The notes beneath the pieces were generated by a model. It made no database searches, was not told the origin of the DNA, and worked only from the letters and a program-made list of their open reading frames with translations. The position numbers and the translations under genes were made by a program. Of a stretch of 64,000 nucleotides of DNA, positions 60,262 through 64,000 are shown in pieces. The stretch comes from Octopus sinensis (lineage: Eukaryota). Within the stretch, counting starts at the first letter, position 1. Each line of letters starts with the position of its first letter. The stretch spans positions 87,420,001 to 87,484,000 of the forward strand of contig NC_043000.1 in NCBI RefSeq assembly GCF_006345805.1. The letters run 5' to 3'.

Positions 60262-61245
60262 CTGATGATGATTCTGAACGATTCTTGGATGGTAGTAAAG
60301 GATTACGAAACGCGGAAGACACTGTTGGTGCTGCGATACTGGCTCTGAAAAATTATGTTGCTCAGAATAAAAAATACTTTCGGCAACCAAATATTCCACA
60401 AAAGTGACTGAAACAATAGGAAAGAAATAATACTTCATGACCTATCCATGCAACAAACTGAGAATGTTGGAAATGAAGCTCACTGGCTTTGAGTGGCAGA
60501 CGGGAACTTCAAACGAGAAAGAGGAATGTTAACTATAGCCAGCTAGGAACAAATATAATAAAAGTAAAGATCGACAAGTATCAGTCAGACAGCAAATGTA
60601 GAATCTGCAGAAAAGGAGACGAAAGTAACAATCACATTTTGAGTGAGTACAGTATATTATCACAAAAAATATACAAGCGCAGACATGACTCTGTAGGCAA
60701 GAGAGTGCATTACGATGTTCGTTGTGTGTTTGTGGCTTTAAAACAACAGAAAAGCGGCATGAACACATATCAGAGAACACATATGTAATAGAAAGTGAGA
60801 ATTACAAGATAGCGTTACCCTCATGGCTGTAGCATCGATAAGTGACGCCTACAACACGGAGGACGTACTATTATCGTTTGAGGAACGTAAGATTATTTTA
60901 GAATGGTATTTCAAATTTGTGGGATTTCATTATTAAGACTGACCATGCTATTGAGGCAAAAAGACTAGAAGTGATTATAGAAGACAAAATAAACTGTGCA
61001 AGAGCATAGATTTTGCAATCCTCTACAAAGGAATGAAAAAAATTGAGATATACCAGGATCTAGCTAGAGAGCGGTAGATTACGTCATCACATATTCCTGT
61101 AGTAAATGATGCACTTGGTACAATACCCGTAACGTTACCTAAAAGAAGACTAAAGAGACTGAAATTGAAGCTCACATTGTCAACCTGCAGGAAAGTATCA
61201 GCCTGCATTCTGCAAAATTCCTAAGAAAAAAGCTTGAAATTTGAG
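60262..61245 (+). mobile_element. Second, more degenerate R4/Dong-like LINE 3' fragment
   Basis: TNIIKVKIDK..SKCRICRKGDESNNHILSE..YKRRHD, then WDFIIKTDHAIEAKR..IDFAI..IEIYQDLARE..ALGTIP: the same C-terminal architecture as the 57.5-60.1 kb element but divergent. Interrupted at 60812-60919. Confidence 0.75.
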
Positions 61246-61451
61246 GAGACTAGTTTTCACTGCTAACGAAAGTAGCATGCACTAGTGTAAGAGTGTCTGA
61301 ATATATATATATATATATATATGTAGGTCCCGGGTTGAGTCGGGGTCAACCACAGTAAATAAGGTACTCAATACATAGCAGAGTAAATTAATTTATTTTA
61401 TAGAAGGAGCTTCTACAGGACTAGAACTGTTTCATTCATATGAAATCATCA

Positions 61452-61506
61452 GGAGCTTCCTGATGATTTCATTTGAATGAAACAGTTCTAGTCCTGTAGA
61501 AGCTCC
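61452..61506 (+). ncRNA. Type I hammerhead ribozyme motif
   Basis: GGAGCTTC / CTGATGA / T-TTC-ATTT-GAA-T / GAAA / CAG-TTCTAGTC-CTG / TA / GAAGCTCC: 8-bp stem I, intact core, GUA cleavage triplet. Confidence 0.75.
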
Positions 61507-61515
61507 TTCTATAAA

Positions 61516-61564
<49 letters not shown>

Positions 61565-62266
61565 CTTATACATATACATATATATATGCATATACATATA
61601 TATATACACGCACACATATGTTTGTATGCATGTCAGTGCGTGTGTGTATGTGTCCGAGCGCTAGTATGTATATAGATGCATATGTGAACGATTATGTATG
61701 CATACATATAGACCAAATCTTAAAGGTCAGCTGAGGACAATTGCATGTGCAACCAACCATGAAGAAAAAATTAATAGTACAAAGAAATCAAATACCAATG
61801 CATTTAAAATGGCAACCACTTTAACTCGCCATCCCATTACATCTCCACATTCAAAGCAGTTTGCTAACGGTCCTTCAGCAACAACACACCTCGATAAACA
61901 GAACTACTAAGACAGAGAGTATGTTCATGAAGCCGAGAATTTAAATTTACGGAGACAATATTTACATATCGCCTGAGGAAACACAACTTGATCTCATAAT
62001 GCAGGGAAACGTTTGCATAGTCAAGTACCTGCACGCCTGGAGAACTGCGTTGCGTAGAAACAATTGTAGTGATTGAAACATAAATGTCCAACCGTACTCC
62101 TTCTTGTTGATTCCAAATTTTTAAAGTTATCTATTCACCCACGACAGATGCCCAAACGCAAGCATGGAAGTACGTATAATACTAGTATTGGATAGCACAG
62201 GGTGAAACCTGACGGTGGACGAGCTTTATACTGTATTCTGCTACGTTCTTACTATAACTATGTATT

Positions 62267-62320
<54 letters not shown>

Positions 62321-62476
62321 ATCCACCCCCAAAATGCATAGACACATCAAGAAAGGAAAATTCTGTATAAATATTTAACTTGTATAAGTACCTGTGTAAA
62401 TATAAATACCACTTTCGATATTTTATCAAATTGTGATAACACTGTTTACTGCCGAACGATATTTTCTCAACATATG

Positions 62477-63135
62477 GCGTTACTCTCATGACTGTAGTAT
62501 CAACAAATGACGCCTACAACATGGAGGACGTACAATTATCGTTTGAGGAACTAAAGATTATTTTAAAGTGGTATTTCAAATTTGAGAATGTCGTTGAAGT
62601 CCAAAGGCAGTTGAGTCGTGACTTTGGAACATCTTCAACACGTTTGACAATTCCACGGATTCATAAGTTCGAAGCTCATAGTACCGTGTGTGATGTGCAT
62701 AAAGGAAAATCCGGCAGATCTCGTACAGCAACAAGTGCTGCTTCTTCAGCTATAGTGTTGAAACAGCTTACACATTCACCACACAAGTCTACCACGCAAT
62801 ATGTATGTAAAACAGGAGTAATCAGTACAAGCAAGCGATACATCCTTAGAATAGCTACATCCCAAGATTATTACATGCAATTAATGAAGACGATCCAATT
62901 TTGTGAGTGGTTCAAAACATGGTAGGCGGGGATGAAGAGCTGGTGAGAAAAATGAGCAGACAAAATTTAAGCTAAATGGAACAGTGAACCGACATAATTG
63001 TGTTTACTGGTTATCAGAAAATACCCACGTGCCTGTGGACAAGGCAGTCAATTTACTGGGTGTCAAAGTCTGGTGTGTTGTGTCATCTAGAAGTTTAATA
63101 TGACTATTTTCCTTTCAAGGTACTGTCAACTATAA
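62477..63135 (+). mobile_element. Degenerate Tc1/mariner transposase related to the DD41D element
   Basis: LSFEELKIILKWYFKFENVVEVQRQ..KFEAHSTVCDVHKGKSGRSRT..SPHKST and later [16 protein letters not shown]. Confidence 0.7.
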
Positions 63136-64000
63136 CAAGATTTGTTATTGTTGTGTTCAAAATTTCTGAACGGAAAACTTTTAAAGTGATGGCATAGTGA
63201 ATTTTTAAAGCTTTTCTTTCATCATCCTCTTCAGAGTACAATCGTTTTTCTGTCCAGAGTAACTTCACCCAACTACATATCCCCGAAAATTACGTCTGAA
63301 CTGATTTCTTAACCATATTGCAGCAGGAAGGTGTGCAAGCCAGGGTTCAACCACATCACCGATGTCCTAGGCGGAGCTCCTTGTGTTCGTTGTATCAGCT
63401 TAAAGAAAATGCAGAGTCCTACAGCCTTCTCCCAATGAAGATTTCATTTAGAGTACCTCACAGAGTTGTTTCCAGTTATTCCTCGGATGGAATAAGGAAA
63501 TACCCCGTGGCTTTGGCAAAACACAGACTTGTTGTGTTTTTCTTCTTACGCACTGCGCCTGTCATGAACCGTGGGCGGCTAGCGCCAGTTTTGCGGACAA
63601 AATGTCACGTTTTATTTCTTTGAGCAAAATTTTCTATATTCAACGTTTTTTGCTCGAAAGAATGTTAGCTAATGAATATGAGAAGTCACGTATATGTCTG
63701 TGGTTGTTGTTTTTGTAATTATAATTGTAGTTGTTAAATGTGTTGTCGAAATTGTTTTCTGGTATGCTATGCTGTTTTGTGGAAGGAAATGCCATTATTT
63801 CATTTCTGTCGTTTATTTTGCTCATTTATGCGTTCATTTTCTCTTTTTATTTAGAATTTTAAATTTTGCTTGTTAGTTGTTTGACTTTATTCGATATAAT
63901 TTCTCTTAGGTTAGGATCTCAGATAAAAAAAGCAACCATTTTAATCTAAACAGTAAAATATAGTGAAAATATTGAAAATAAGATAACGCCTCTGTTCTGT

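Overview
Eukaryotic, AT-rich, microsatellite-saturated genomic DNA. The SINE, Penelope and (TA)n repeat inventory looks like a coleoid cephalopod, probably Octopus; this is inferred from recalled repeat families, not verified. Only one intact host gene is supported: a single-coding-exon class A GPCR of the FMRFamide/sex-peptide/myosuppressin receptor-like group (47330-48397, +). The rest is mostly retro- and DNA-transposon debris: an R4/Dong LINE inside an (AAT)n array, L1/Tx1, RTE and Penelope-like fragments, Tc1, mariner DD34D and DD41D elements, Helitrons and three SINE families. Most ORFs in the track are microsatellite translations. The most unusual signal is a set of hammerhead-ribozyme-like motifs at six loci, several with non-canonical cores (CCGA for CUGA, CUGUUGA, U-U closing stem II). 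At two loci (42465-42612 and 61391-61521) the motif sits in a fold-back palindrome whose turning point lies at the 5' strand of ribozyme stem I. A third copy type lies in each unit of a ~1.2 kb tandem repeat that also carries a 102-nt pri-miRNA-like hairpin. Ribozyme activity is untested.
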